Notes: a model not told the origin generated them from the letters alone. 32,000 bases of DNA from Mucisphaera calidilacus (GCF_007748075.1 NZ_CP036280.1:270001-302000), one strand, 5' to 3'; counted from the first letter of the stretch, positions 8,019 to 16,265 are shown. A program made the numbers and translations.

Positions 8019-9587
8019 CTACTCGCGCGTTTCGGTGTCGATCTGGCTGAGTAGTTCGGTGGCGGCGTGCTGGGGGAGGATGCCGTCTTCGTCGACGCGT
8101 CGGTTGATGGCGCGCATCTGCTGCATGGAGATGGTGTTGACGAGGGGGGTGAGCTGGTTGATGACCGTGGGGTCGCTGCCGGCGTCGGGGCTGAGGAGGA
8201 TGAGGGCTTCGTAGGGGGGGAAGGCCTGTCGGGGGTCTTCGAGGACGAGCAGGTCGTAGGTATCGACGCGTCCGTCGGTGGTGTAGGCGGTGATGACGTC
8301 GACCTCGCCTGAGCCTGCGGCCTGGTACATGATGGCGGACTGCATGGAGACCTGGGCGGCGAAGGTCATGCTGTAGGTGTCGAGGAGTCGCTGCCACTCG
8401 GGTCGCGCGAAGAATTCCTGATCGGAGGCGATGGAGAGCTGGTCGGCGTGTCGGGCGAGGTCTTCGATGGTGGTGATGCCGAGTTCTTCGGCGAGGGAGC
8501 GTCGGATGGCGAGTGCGTAGGCGTTCTCGAAGCCGAGGCTGTCGAGGCAGGTGATGTTTTTCTCGTCGCGGAGCCATTCCTGGACGGCGTTGCGCATGTC
8601 GTCTTTGGGGACGAGGTCCTGTTGTCCCATGACGGTGGCCCAGATGGTTCCGGAGTAGTCGACGTAGGCGTCGATCTCGCTGTTGCTGAGTGCTTCGAAG
8701 ACGACGGTGGAGCCCATGCCCATGCGGTAGCTGATGTTGTAGTCGTCTTCGAGGACCTGTCCGATGAGGTGGCCGAGGATGTAGGACTCGTTGAAGTTCT
8801 TGGCGCCGACCTCGAAGGCGGGTTTGTCGCTGGCCGCGGCGGGTGCGAGCCAGAGGAGTGCGGCGATGGCGGTGGCGGCGAGTGTGGCGGAGGCGGTGAT
8901 GAGAGCGGGTTTGTTGCGGTTGGCGACTGAGGACTCGATCCATGCGAGGGTGCCGTCGAGGAGGATGGCGAGGATGGAGGCGAGTATGCAGCCGACGATG
9001 ACCTGCATGGCGTTGATGGTCTGGAGGCCGGCGATGATGGGGTCGCCGAGCGAGGGCTGTCCGATGAGCGTGGAGAGGGTGGCGATGCCGACGGTCCAGA
9101 CGGTGGCGGTTCGGATGCCGGCGAGGATGACGGGCGCTGCGAGCGGGAGTTCGAGGTGTTGTCGTCGCTGGGTGGTGGTGAGTCCCATGGCGTCGGCGGC
9201 CTCGATGAGTCGGTGGTCGATGCCACGGATGCCAACGATGGTGTTTCGGAGGATGGGGAGTATGGCGTAGAGGGTGAGCGCGATGATGGTGGGGAGGAGT
9301 CCGATGGATCGGAAGAGTGCGTTGTCGCTGGCGGTGAGTTGCTGGATGGTGTTGTTGGCGAGGACGAGGAGCATGAAGATGAGAGCGAGGAAGGCGAGTC
9401 CGGGGATGGTCTGGAGGATGGAGGCGATGCCGAGGATGACGGCGCGTGTGCGTGGGTGTTTTCGGGCGAGTGCGATGCCGAGCGGGATGCTGATGGCGGA
9501 TGCGAGTCCGATGGCGATGAGGACCAGGAGGACGTGCCAGGCGAGGAGTCGCGGGGTTCCTTCGAGATGGAGGAGCCAGTCAGCCAT
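8019..9587 (-). CDS. Osmoprotectant (glycine-betaine/choline-type) ABC transporter, fused permease and substrate-binding protein
   Basis: The N-terminal ~215 aa is a multi-TM BPD-type permease with the loop IEAADAMGLTTTQRRQHLELPLAAP. The C-terminal ~300 aa resembles an OpuC/OpuB-type binding domain (FEVGAKNFNESYILGHL, IDAYVDYSGT). Confidence 0.8.
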   Translation of the reverse strand: MADWLLHLEGTPRLLAWHVLLVLIAIGLASAISIPLGIALARKHPRTRAVILGIASILQTIPGLAFLALIFMLLVLANNTIQQLTASDNALFRSIGLLPTIIALTLYAILPILRNTIVGIRGIDHRLIEAADAMGLTTTQRRQHLELPLAAPVILAGIRTATVWTVGIATLSTLIGQPSLGDPIIAGLQTINAMQVIVGCILASILAILLDGTLAWIESSVANRNKPALITASATLAATAIAALLWLAPAAASDKPAFEVGAKNFNESYILGHLIGQVLEDDYNISYRMGMGSTVVFEALSNSEIDAYVDYSGTIWATVMGQQDLVPKDDMRNAVQEWLRDEKNITCLDSLGFENAYALAIRRSLAEELGITTIEDLARHADQLSIASDQEFFARPEWQRLLDTYSMTFAAQVSMQSAIMYQAAGSGEVDVITAYTTDGRVDTYDLLVLEDPRQAFPPYEALILLSPDAGSDPTVINQLTPLVNTISMQQMRAINRRVDEDGILPQHAATELLSQIDTETRE

Positions 9588-10356
9588 GGTCGTTTCCGTT
9601 GCGGACGAGTGCTGCGAGTTTGACGGAGCGTTCGAGGGGGTCGTGGATGAGTCGTTCGACGGTTTCGCTGCCCGGGTTCTGTGCGAGTTCGGCGGGTGTT
9701 GCGCAGCGGACGATGTTGCCCTGGGCCATGACGGCGATGCGGTCGGCGAGGAGCAGTGCCTCGCCGATGTCGTGGGTGACCATGACGGTGGTGAGGTTGA
9801 GTCGTTTGTGGATGGCGAGGAATTCCTGCTGGAGTTCGTCGCGGTTGAGGGGATCGATAGCGCCGAAGGGTTCGTCCATGAGCATGATGCGAGGTTCGAC
9901 GGCGAGGGCTCGGGCGATGCCGACGCGTTGTCGTTGTCCGCCTGACATCTGTCGGGGGAGTCGATCGGCGTACTCGTCGGGGTCGAGGTTGACGAGGTTG
10001 AGGAGTTCGGTGGAGCGATCTCGGGTCCTGGATCGGTCCCAGCCGATCATGCGTGGGATGAGGCTGACGTTTTCGCGTGCGGTGAGGTGCGGGAAGAGGC
10101 CGACTTCCTGGATGACGTAGCCGATGGATCGTCGCAGGGAGACGACGTTCTGCGTGAGGATGTCGTCGCCTTCGATGCGGATGGTTCCCTCGGTGGGGTC
10201 GATGAGTCGGTTGATGAGTCGGAGGGTTGTGGTCTTGCCGCAGCCCGACTCGCCGACGAGGACCACGAGTTCGCCCTGGCGGATCTCGAGGGAGACGTCA
10301 TCGACCGCGGTGGCACCACCCGCGAAGCGTTTGGTGACGTTTTCGAGGTTGATCAA
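9580..10356 (-). CDS. ABC transporter ATP-binding protein (OpuCA/ProV-like, short form)
   Basis: Walker [10 protein letters not shown], signature [15 protein letters not shown], Walker [17 protein letters not shown] start at 10356 in a TTGA overlap with the upstream gene; 8-nt overlap with the downstream permease gene. Confidence 0.85.
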   Translation of the reverse strand: MINLENVTKRFAGGATAVDDVSLEIRQGELVVLVGESGCGKTTTLRLINRLIDPTEGTIRIEGDDILTQNVVSLRRSIGYVIQEVGLFPHLTARENVSLIPRMIGWDRSRTRDRSTELLNLVNLDPDEYADRLPRQMSGGQRQRVGIARALAVEPRIMLMDEPFGAIDPLNRDELQQEFLAIHKRLNLTTVMVTHDIGEALLLADRIAVMAQGNIVRCATPAELAQNPGSETVERLIHDPLERSVKLAALVRNGNDHG

Positions 10357-11168
10357 GCGAGCGCTTCCTGGAGCCTTTCGGCCGGGAGTTCGTTGATCTT
10401 GTGGGCGATCATGGCGAGGTAGTAGAGGGGTTCGCCTGAGGTGCTGAGTCGGTGCTGGTAGCGTAGCCAGGCGTCGACGCGTAGGACCTTGGCTTCGGAG
10501 AGTTCCTGGATGAGCGCGGCGAATCCGCTGTCGTCGGAGGGTGCCAGGAAGTTTTCCTTGATGTTGAAGACGACCCAGCCGGGCGTTTCGATGAGGTCGA
10601 GCGACTTGAGGAAGGCGGCGGCGGGGACGTCGCCGAAGCCGAGCGCAGCGACGGTGGTGAGGCAGTTGAGCTTGGCCTCACGGATGGTTTTTTCCTGCTC
10701 TTCGTCGAGGTCGGTGAGGTCGGCGATCAGGTAGTCGTCGTAGACCCAGGGTCGGTCGCGTTCGGCGGCTTTCTTGGCTTCAGGGATGATGTCGAGTCCG
10801 ATGACGGCGTCGGCGCCGGCGTCGATGAGTTGTTCGCCGACCATGCCGTTGCCGGCCCCGAGGTCGAGGATGCGGAGTCCGCTGAGGTCGGCCTGCTCGT
10901 CCTGTTCGAAGACGGTCTCGAGGAGTCGGACGACCTGCTTGGGCGAGCAGCACTTGAGCATGCGGTAGAAGAGCGACTCGTAGAGCCCGGGGTGCATGAA
11001 GATCTTGTTGTAGTCGTGGAAGCGGATGACTTGTGTTTCGCCATCGACGGTGAGTTCGCACCACTCCTCGTCCTGCCCCATGAGTCCGTTCTCGGTGGGG
11101 AGGCAGATCTCGTAGCGTCCGATGGTTGCGTCGAGTGAATCGGGGGTGGAATTGTCGAGTTGTGTCAT
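10353..11168 (-). CDS. Class I SAM-dependent methyltransferase; substrate unknown
   Basis: SAM-binding motif [27 protein letters not shown]. Preferred start is ATG 11168 (MTQLDNS) with AGGTGA 4 nt upstream. The longest ORF reaches 11237, but no RBS precedes that start. Confidence 0.7.
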   Translation of the reverse strand: MTQLDNSTPDSLDATIGRYEICLPTENGLMGQDEEWCELTVDGETQVIRFHDYNKIFMHPGLYESLFYRMLKCCSPKQVVRLLETVFEQDEQADLSGLRILDLGAGNGMVGEQLIDAGADAVIGLDIIPEAKKAAERDRPWVYDDYLIADLTDLDEEQEKTIREAKLNCLTTVAALGFGDVPAAAFLKSLDLIETPGWVVFNIKENFLAPSDDSGFAALIQELSEAKVLRVDAWLRYQHRLSTSGEPLYYLAMIAHKINELPAERLQEALA

Positions 11169-11487
11169 GACATCACCTGTTGTTGACTGCGTGTCTTGCG
11201 TTCGATGAATAACCTTCGCCGAGTGTTTCTGGCTCATCGGAGAAGGTTGGCCTTGTGTCTTGGTTATTCCGGTCTAACAAAGCTGAGTGTGATGTCAAGT
11301 CTGCGGGTTTGAAATGCGGGCGCAGATCGACGCAATTATCTTGATAACTGGTTGTATGGCTGGGGTTATGCGTGTTGTGTGTTTTTTGTTGAGGAGGGAG
11401 GTGTGATGCGCATCTTTGCAGTGGTGATCAGATGGTCCTGAGTTTTTCGAGGTTCTGGCGAACGGCGGGTGCGTGTGTGGGTGGGTG

Positions 11488-12072
11488 TTATGAGGGGTCG
11501 GCGGGTGAGTCGGGTCGGTCGATCTGGTCGACGAGGGGGACTTGTTGGGTGCCTTGGGTGACGTGGATGGCTTTCTGGAAGAAGAGGTTGTTGGGGATGC
11601 GGATGACGCCTTGGTCTTCGTGCTGGAGGACGGTGTAGAGGAGGGTGAAGTCGATGACCTTGCCGCGTGTGGCTTCGCCCATGAAGGCGATGGTGTCGCC
11701 GATCATGAAGGGTCGTGTGATGAGGAGGATGAAGCAGCAGAGGAGGTTGGAGAGGATGGACCAGACGGCGAAGAATCCGATGGCGACGAGCGCGAGGATG
11801 GCGGTGAGTGTGGCCCAGGCGTCGTCGAGGATGCCGGCGGTTTTGAGGGCGTAGAAGAGTAGGATGACGGAGCTGATCCAGAAGAGGATCCGGTTGATGA
11901 TGCGTGCGATGCCTGGCGAGATGCGGTCGCGTCGGACGAGTGCGGTGAGGGACCGCCTGGCCATGGTTTTGGCGACGAGGAGGATGACGAGGACGACGAG
12001 GACGCGTAGGAGTGAGGGCCCGTAGAGGGTGAGGAGGTCGGGAGCGGTTTGTGCGAGGGTGGTGTTATTCAT
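11488..12072 (-). CDS. Small mechanosensitive ion channel (MscS family)
   Basis: 194 aa with three hydrophobic helices, then an MscS beta-domain-like segment PFMIGDTIAFMGEATRGKVIDFTLLYTVLQHEDQGVIRIPNNLF. Confidence 0.7.
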   Translation of the reverse strand: MNNTTLAQTAPDLLTLYGPSLLRVLVVLVILLVAKTMARRSLTALVRRDRISPGIARIINRILFWISSVILLFYALKTAGILDDAWATLTAILALVAIGFFAVWSILSNLLCCFILLITRPFMIGDTIAFMGEATRGKVIDFTLLYTVLQHEDQGVIRIPNNLFFQKAIHVTQGTQQVPLVDQIDRPDSPADPS

Positions 12073-12149
12073 CAGTCATTACGGTATACCCGAGTTGATC
12101 GAAAATCGATAACAAGGGGTAAGGTTGGTTGATGTGGGTAGGGGAGTAT

Positions 12150-13005
12150 CACGGACCTGCACCGGGGAGGCTATGAGGTTTGTCGAGCACGGACCTGCAG
12201 GAACAGGTCCGTGGCACCGGGGAGGTGGTGAGGTTTGTCGAGCACGGACCTGTAGGAACAGGTCCGTGGCACCGGGGAGGTGGTGGGGTTTGTCGAGCAC
12301 GGACCTGTAGGAACAGGTCCGTGGCACCGGGGAGGTGGCGGGGTTTGTCGAGCACGGACCTGCAGGAACAGGTCCGTGGCACCGGGGAGGCTATGAGGTT
12401 TGTCGAGCACGGACCTGTAGGGACAGGTCCGTGGCACCGGGGAGGTGGTGGGGTTTGCCGAGTACGGATCTGCAGGAACAGGTCCGTGGCACCGGGGAGG
12501 TGGTGGGGTTTGCCGAGTACGGATCTGCAGGAACAGGTCCGTGGCACCGGGGAGGTGGCGGGGTTTGTCGAGCACGGACCTGCAGGAACAGGTCCGTGGC
12601 ACCGGGGAGGTGGTGAGGTTTGTCGAGCACGGACCTGTAGGAACAGGTCCGTGGCACCGGGGAGGTGGTGGGGTTTGTCGAGCACGGACCTGTAGGAACA
12701 GGTCCGTGGCACCGGGGAGGTGGCGGGGTTTGTCGAGCACGGACCTGCAGGAACAGGTCCGTGGCACCGGGGAGGCTATGAGGTTTGTCGAGCACGGACC
12801 TGTAGGGACAGGTCCGTGGCACCGGGGAGGTGGTGGGGTTTGCCGAGTACGGATCTGCAGGAACAGGTCCGTGGCACCGGGGAGGTGGTGGGGTTTGCCG
12901 AGTACGGATCTGCAGGAACAGGTCCGTGGCACCGGGGAGGTGGCGGGGTTTGTCGAGCACGGACCTGCAGGAACAGGTCCGTGGCACCGGGCACCGGGGA
13001 GGTTG
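12150..13005 (+). repeat. Upstream tandem array: one truncated plus 15 head-to-tail copies of a 55-bp hairpin/G-rich unit (REP-like)
   Basis: Unit starts (tgtcg/tgccg) fall at 12181, 12236, 12291, 12346, 12401, 12456 ... 12951, exactly 55 bp apart. Consensus: tgtcgagcacggacctgYaggaacaggtccgtggcaccggggaggtggtggggtt. Stem is cacggacctg/caggtccgtg. Segment 12181-12565 is identical to 12566-12950. Confidence 0.95.
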
Positions 13006-13031
13006 TGGTGTAAAGATGTATTTATTATAGT
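13003..13031 (+). promoter_or_regulatory. Putative promoter of the transposase gene (TTGTGG - 17 nt - TATAGT) in an AT-rich island; predicts a leaderless or near-leaderless mRNA
   Basis: TTGTGG at 13003-13008 and TATAGT at 13026-13031; the ATG at 13039 is 8 nt downstream and has no SD sequence. The inverted repeat gtaaaga (13010-13016) / tctttac (13032-13038) brackets the -10 element. Confidence 0.35.
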
Positions 13032-13038
13032 TCTTTAC

Positions 13039-13527
13039 ATGATGATGTCGTATCGTAATGAGATGAGGCGTCGTGAAGTCGTCGGTCCTCGGTTTTTGAC
13101 ATTCTCTTGTTATCGACGATTTGCGTTGTTTCGTGAGGTTGCATGGCGTGATCTGTTTGTTTCTTCGCTCTTGTCTGCACAAGCGAGGTATGGATTTCGT
13201 CTTTATGCTTGGGTTGTGATGCCTGAGCACGTGCATCTGGTACTTGATCCGAAGCGGGTTGCGACCGGTGACGTCCTCCGATCGATCAAGCAGCCTGTGG
13301 CGCAGCGAGCAATTCGTGTCTGGCGTCAACAAGGATCCTCAATTCTGAAGGCAATCGCAGTAGGAGATGGGTATCGGTTCTGGCAGGCAGGCGGGGGATA
13401 TGACCGGAATGTCAGAGATGAGGATGAACTGGTGCAGAAGATTCGTTATGTCCGGGAGAACCCGGTGAAACGTGGATTGGTCGAGCGACCAGAGGATTGG
13501 GCATGGTCGTCGGTCTCGTGGGGATAG
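13039..13527 (+). CDS. REP-associated tyrosine transposase (RAYT; IS200/IS605-like Y1 HUH TnpA family)
   Basis: HUH motif in AWVVMPEHVHLVL. C-terminal block FWQAGGGYDRNVRDEDELVQKIRYVRENPVKRGLVERPEDWAWSS carries the catalytic Tyr. The N-terminal strand PRFLTFSCYRR also fits. The track ORF (12445..13527) extends spuriously into the repeat array. Codons end in A/T visibly more often than in neighbouring genes. Confidence 0.85.
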   Translation: MMMSYRNEMRRREVVGPRFLTFSCYRRFALFREVAWRDLFVSSLLSAQARYGFRLYAWVVMPEHVHLVLDPKRVATGDVLRSIKQPVAQRAIRVWRQQGSSILKAIAVGDGYRFWQAGGGYDRNVRDEDELVQKIRYVRENPVKRGLVERPEDWAWSSVSWG

Positions 13528-13894
13528 AGCACGGACCTGTAGGAACAGGTCCGTGGCACCGGGGAGGTGGTGGGGTTTGTCGAGTACGGACCTGTAGGAA
13601 CAGGTCTGTGGTACCGGGGAGGTGGCGGGGTTTGTCGAGCACGGACCTGCGGGAACAGGTCCGTGGCACCGGGGAGGTGGCGGGGTTTGTCGAGCACGGA
13701 CCTGTAGGAACAGGTCCGTGGCACCGGGGAGGTGGTGGGGTTTGTCGAGCACGGACCTGCAGGAACAGGTCCGTGGCACCGGGGAGGTGGTGGGGTTTGT
13801 CGAGCACGGACCTGCAGGAACAGGTCCGTGGCACCGGGGAGGTGGTGAGGTTTGTCGAGCACGGACCTGCAGGAACAGGTCCGTGGCACCGGGG
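13527..13894 (+). repeat. Downstream tandem array: about 7 copies (5 full, 2 partial) of the same 55-bp unit in the same orientation
   Basis: Unit starts at 13578, 13633, 13688, 13743, 13798 and 13853, 55 bp apart. The first unit begins at the last base of the transposase TAG stop. The array ends 7 nt before the icd stop codon. Confidence 0.95.
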
Positions 13895-13901
13895 TCGTCG
13901 G

Positions 13902-15146
13902 TCAGTCCATATGTTTGACGATGGCGTTGCCGAATTCGGAGCACTTGAGGAGTGTGGCGCCGTCCATGAGTCGTTCGAAGTCGTAGGTGACGGTCTTGGC
14001 GGCGATGGCGCCGTTCATGCCCTTGATGATGAGGTCGGCGGCTTCGTTCCAGCCGAGGTGTCGGAGCATCATCTCGCCTGAGAGGATGACGGAGCCGGGG
14101 TTGACCTTGTCCTGGTTGGCGTACTTGGGTGCGGTGCCGTGGGTCGCCTCGAAGATGGCGTGTCCGGTGTCGTAGTTGATGTTGCCGCCCGGGGCGATGC
14201 CGATGCCGCCGACGCAGGCGGCGAGGGCGTCGGAGATGTAGTCGCCGTTGAGATTGAGGGTGGCGATGACTTCGTACTCGGCGGGTCGGGTCAGGATCTG
14301 CTGGAGCATGGCGTCGGCGATGACGTCCTTGATGGTGATGGTCTTGCCGTTTTTGGGAGAGGTGAAGGTGCACCACGGGCCGCCGTCGAGCTCGGTGGCG
14401 CCGAAGTGTTTTTTGGCGGTCTCGTAGCCCCACTGCATGAAGGCACCCTCGGTGAACTTCATGATGTTGCCCTTGTGGACGAGGGTGACGGAGTCGCGTT
14501 CGTTGTCGATGGCGTACTGGATGGCGGCTTTGACGAGTCGCTCGGTGCCTTCCTGGGAGACGGGCTTGATGCCGATGCCGGCGGTGTCGGGGAAGCGGAC
14601 CTTGGCGAAGTGGTCGGGGAAGTTCTCTTTGAGGAGTTGTTTGGCTTTTGTGCAGTCGTCGGTGCCGTGCTCGAACTCGATGCCGGCGTAGATGTCCTCG
14701 GAGTTCTCGCGGAAGATGACCATGTCGGTGAGGTCGGGTCGCTTGACGGGCGAGGGGACGCCTTCGAACCATCGGACGGGCCGGAGGCAGGTGTAGAGGT
14801 CGAGGATCTGCCGGAGGGCGACGTTAAGGGATCGGATGCCGCCGCCTGTGGGCGTGGTCAGGGGGCCTTTGATGCCGACGAGGTATTGGCGGAAGGCGTC
14901 CAGGGTCTCGTCGGGCAGCCAGTTGCCGGTCTGGTTGTGTGCTTTTTCGCCCGCGAGGACCTCGAGCCACGCGATTTTGCGGTCGCCTTGGTAGGCCTTG
15001 TCGACGGCGGCGTCGAGGACGGTCTGTGAGGCGTGCCAGATGTCGGGTCCGGTGCCGTCGCCCTCGATGAAGGGGATGATCGGGTTGGCGGGGACGTCGA
15101 GTTTGCCGTTGTTGAGGGTAACGGGCTGGCCGGTGGCGGTGGTCAT
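13902..15146 (-). CDS. icd: NADP-dependent isocitrate dehydrogenase (homodimeric type)
   Basis: 414 aa with [27 protein letters not shown] and [26 protein letters not shown] motifs. GGAGA RBS upstream of ATG 15146. Confidence 0.95.
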   Translation of the reverse strand: MTTATGQPVTLNNGKLDVPANPIIPFIEGDGTGPDIWHASQTVLDAAVDKAYQGDRKIAWLEVLAGEKAHNQTGNWLPDETLDAFRQYLVGIKGPLTTPTGGGIRSLNVALRQILDLYTCLRPVRWFEGVPSPVKRPDLTDMVIFRENSEDIYAGIEFEHGTDDCTKAKQLLKENFPDHFAKVRFPDTAGIGIKPVSQEGTERLVKAAIQYAIDNERDSVTLVHKGNIMKFTEGAFMQWGYETAKKHFGATELDGGPWCTFTSPKNGKTITIKDVIADAMLQQILTRPAEYEVIATLNLNGDYISDALAACVGGIGIAPGGNINYDTGHAIFEATHGTAPKYANQDKVNPGSVILSGEMMLRHLGWNEAADLIIKGMNGAIAAKTVTYDFERLMDGATLLKCSEFGNAIVKHMD

Positions 15147-15187
15147 GGGGGGTCTCCGAGGTTGCGTTTCGTCTTCTGGCGGTCAGT

Positions 15188-16234
15188 TTAGCAGGGGGCG
15201 TTTGGTTCGTTGGCCTGCGTGGCGTTCCACTGCCGGGTGATGCCTTCGAGGAGTGAGGTTGTGGGCTGGTAGCCGAGTTTGGTGCGGGACTTGGTGATGT
15301 CGGCGGAGGTTCGGTTGACGTCGCCTGGCTGCATGGGTTTGCGGTCGATAATCGGCTGCTTGCCGACGACCTGTCCGACGGTCTCGATCATCTGTGTGAG
15401 TGAGACGGGGTCGGACCCGCCGAGGTTGAAGATGTCGAAGCGTGGGGCGGTGTCGGGCGTGTCGGCGGCCTGCTGGGTGGTGTGGGTGTCGGAGCCGCAG
15501 TAGCGAGCGGCGGCGATGACGCCGGCGACGATGTCGTCGATGTAGGTGTAGTCGCGTGAGGTCGAGCCGTCGCCGAAGACGGGGATGGGTTGTTCGTCGG
15601 CGACGAGTTTGAGGAACTTGGCGATGGCGAGGTCGGGTCGTTGTCGTGGCCCGAAGACGGTGAAGAACCGCAGGGCGACGACGGGGAGCTGGTGGAGGTG
15701 GGCGTAGGTGTGGGCGATGAGTTCGCCTGCGCGTTTGGTGGCTGCGTAGGGGCTGATGGGTCGGTCGACGGGGTCGTGTTCGGCGAAGGGGACTTTTTTG
15801 TTGTTGCCGTAGACGGAGGAGGAGGAGGCGAAGACGAATCGGGGTTTGTCGTTCATCTCGGCGGCGGCATCGAGGAGGTTGACGGTGCCGTCGAGGTTGA
15901 CGGCGGTGTAGAGGGAGGGGGATTCGATGGAGGGCCGGACGCCTGCCATGGCGGCGAGGTGGATGACGACGGCGGGTTGTTCGTGTTCGAAGAGGCCGTG
16001 GACGGCCTGTCGTTCGCGGATGTCGATTTCGGAGAGGGTGAAGCGTGGGTTGTTGAGGGCGGGTGCGAGGTTGGCGCGTTTGGTGGCGGGGTCGTAGAAG
16101 GTGTTGAAATTGTCGATGCCGAGGACGGTGTGTCCTTCGGCGAGGAGGTTATCGACGAGGTGGGAGCCGATGAATCCTGCGGCGCCGGTGACGAGGATGG
16201 TGGCATCGGTGGGGAGGCTGTTGAGGTCTGGCAT
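15188..16234 (-). CDS. NAD-dependent nucleotide-sugar epimerase/dehydratase (UDP-glucuronate/UDP-glucose 4-epimerase-like)
   Basis: Rossmann motif ILVTGAAGFIGSHL, catalytic YAATKRAGE (YxxxK) and NFNTFYDPATKRANL. The start is uncertain: ATG 16234 (given here) or TTG 16252. Confidence 0.8.
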   Translation of the reverse strand: MPDLNSLPTDATILVTGAAGFIGSHLVDNLLAEGHTVLGIDNFNTFYDPATKRANLAPALNNPRFTLSEIDIRERQAVHGLFEHEQPAVVIHLAAMAGVRPSIESPSLYTAVNLDGTVNLLDAAAEMNDKPRFVFASSSSVYGNNKKVPFAEHDPVDRPISPYAATKRAGELIAHTYAHLHQLPVVALRFFTVFGPRQRPDLAIAKFLKLVADEQPIPVFGDGSTSRDYTYIDDIVAGVIAAARYCGSDTHTTQQAADTPDTAPRFDIFNLGGSDPVSLTQMIETVGQVVGKQPIIDRKPMQPGDVNRTSADITKSRTKLGYQPTTSLLEGITRQWNATQANEPNAPC

Positions 16235-16265
16235 TCGGATTTCCGGTAGCAAGCTCTTTTTTGCG

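Larger units (their letters stand above)
12150..13894 (+). mobile_element. RAYT gene plus flanking REP-like tandem arrays, taken as one locus
   Basis: A Y1 transposase gene is bracketed by arrays of one hairpin repeat. Its composition is atypical relative to neighbours. It fills the whole interval between the MscS gene start and the icd stop. Confidence 0.7.

Noticed and set aside
8214-8220. G7 runs inside coding sequence (8214-8220 in the permease gene, 18102-18108 in the GNAT gene) as phase-variation sites
   Set aside because: They are short and encode Pro/Gly codons within otherwise intact conserved genes. Such runs are expected by chance at this GC content.
12149-13889. Multiple long ORFs on both strands through the repeat arrays (for example 12171..12932 -, 12391..13332 -, 12180..12695 +, the 12445..13038 part of 12445..13527 +, and 13412..13834 -)
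   Set aside because: A 55-nt period is not a multiple of 3 and the unit lacks stops in most frames. All frames therefore stay open and give 55-aa periodic Pro/Arg/Gly-rich pseudo-proteins. There are no RBSs, and equal 'coding' on both strands marks this as a repeat artefact.
12150-13894. CRISPR array, as repeat finders might call it from the regular 55-bp periodicity
   Set aside because: There are no unique spacers. The whole 55-bp unit, including the segment between hairpins, is conserved in every copy. No cas genes or leader are present. The arrays flank a Y1 transposase gene, which fits REP-like tandem repeats.
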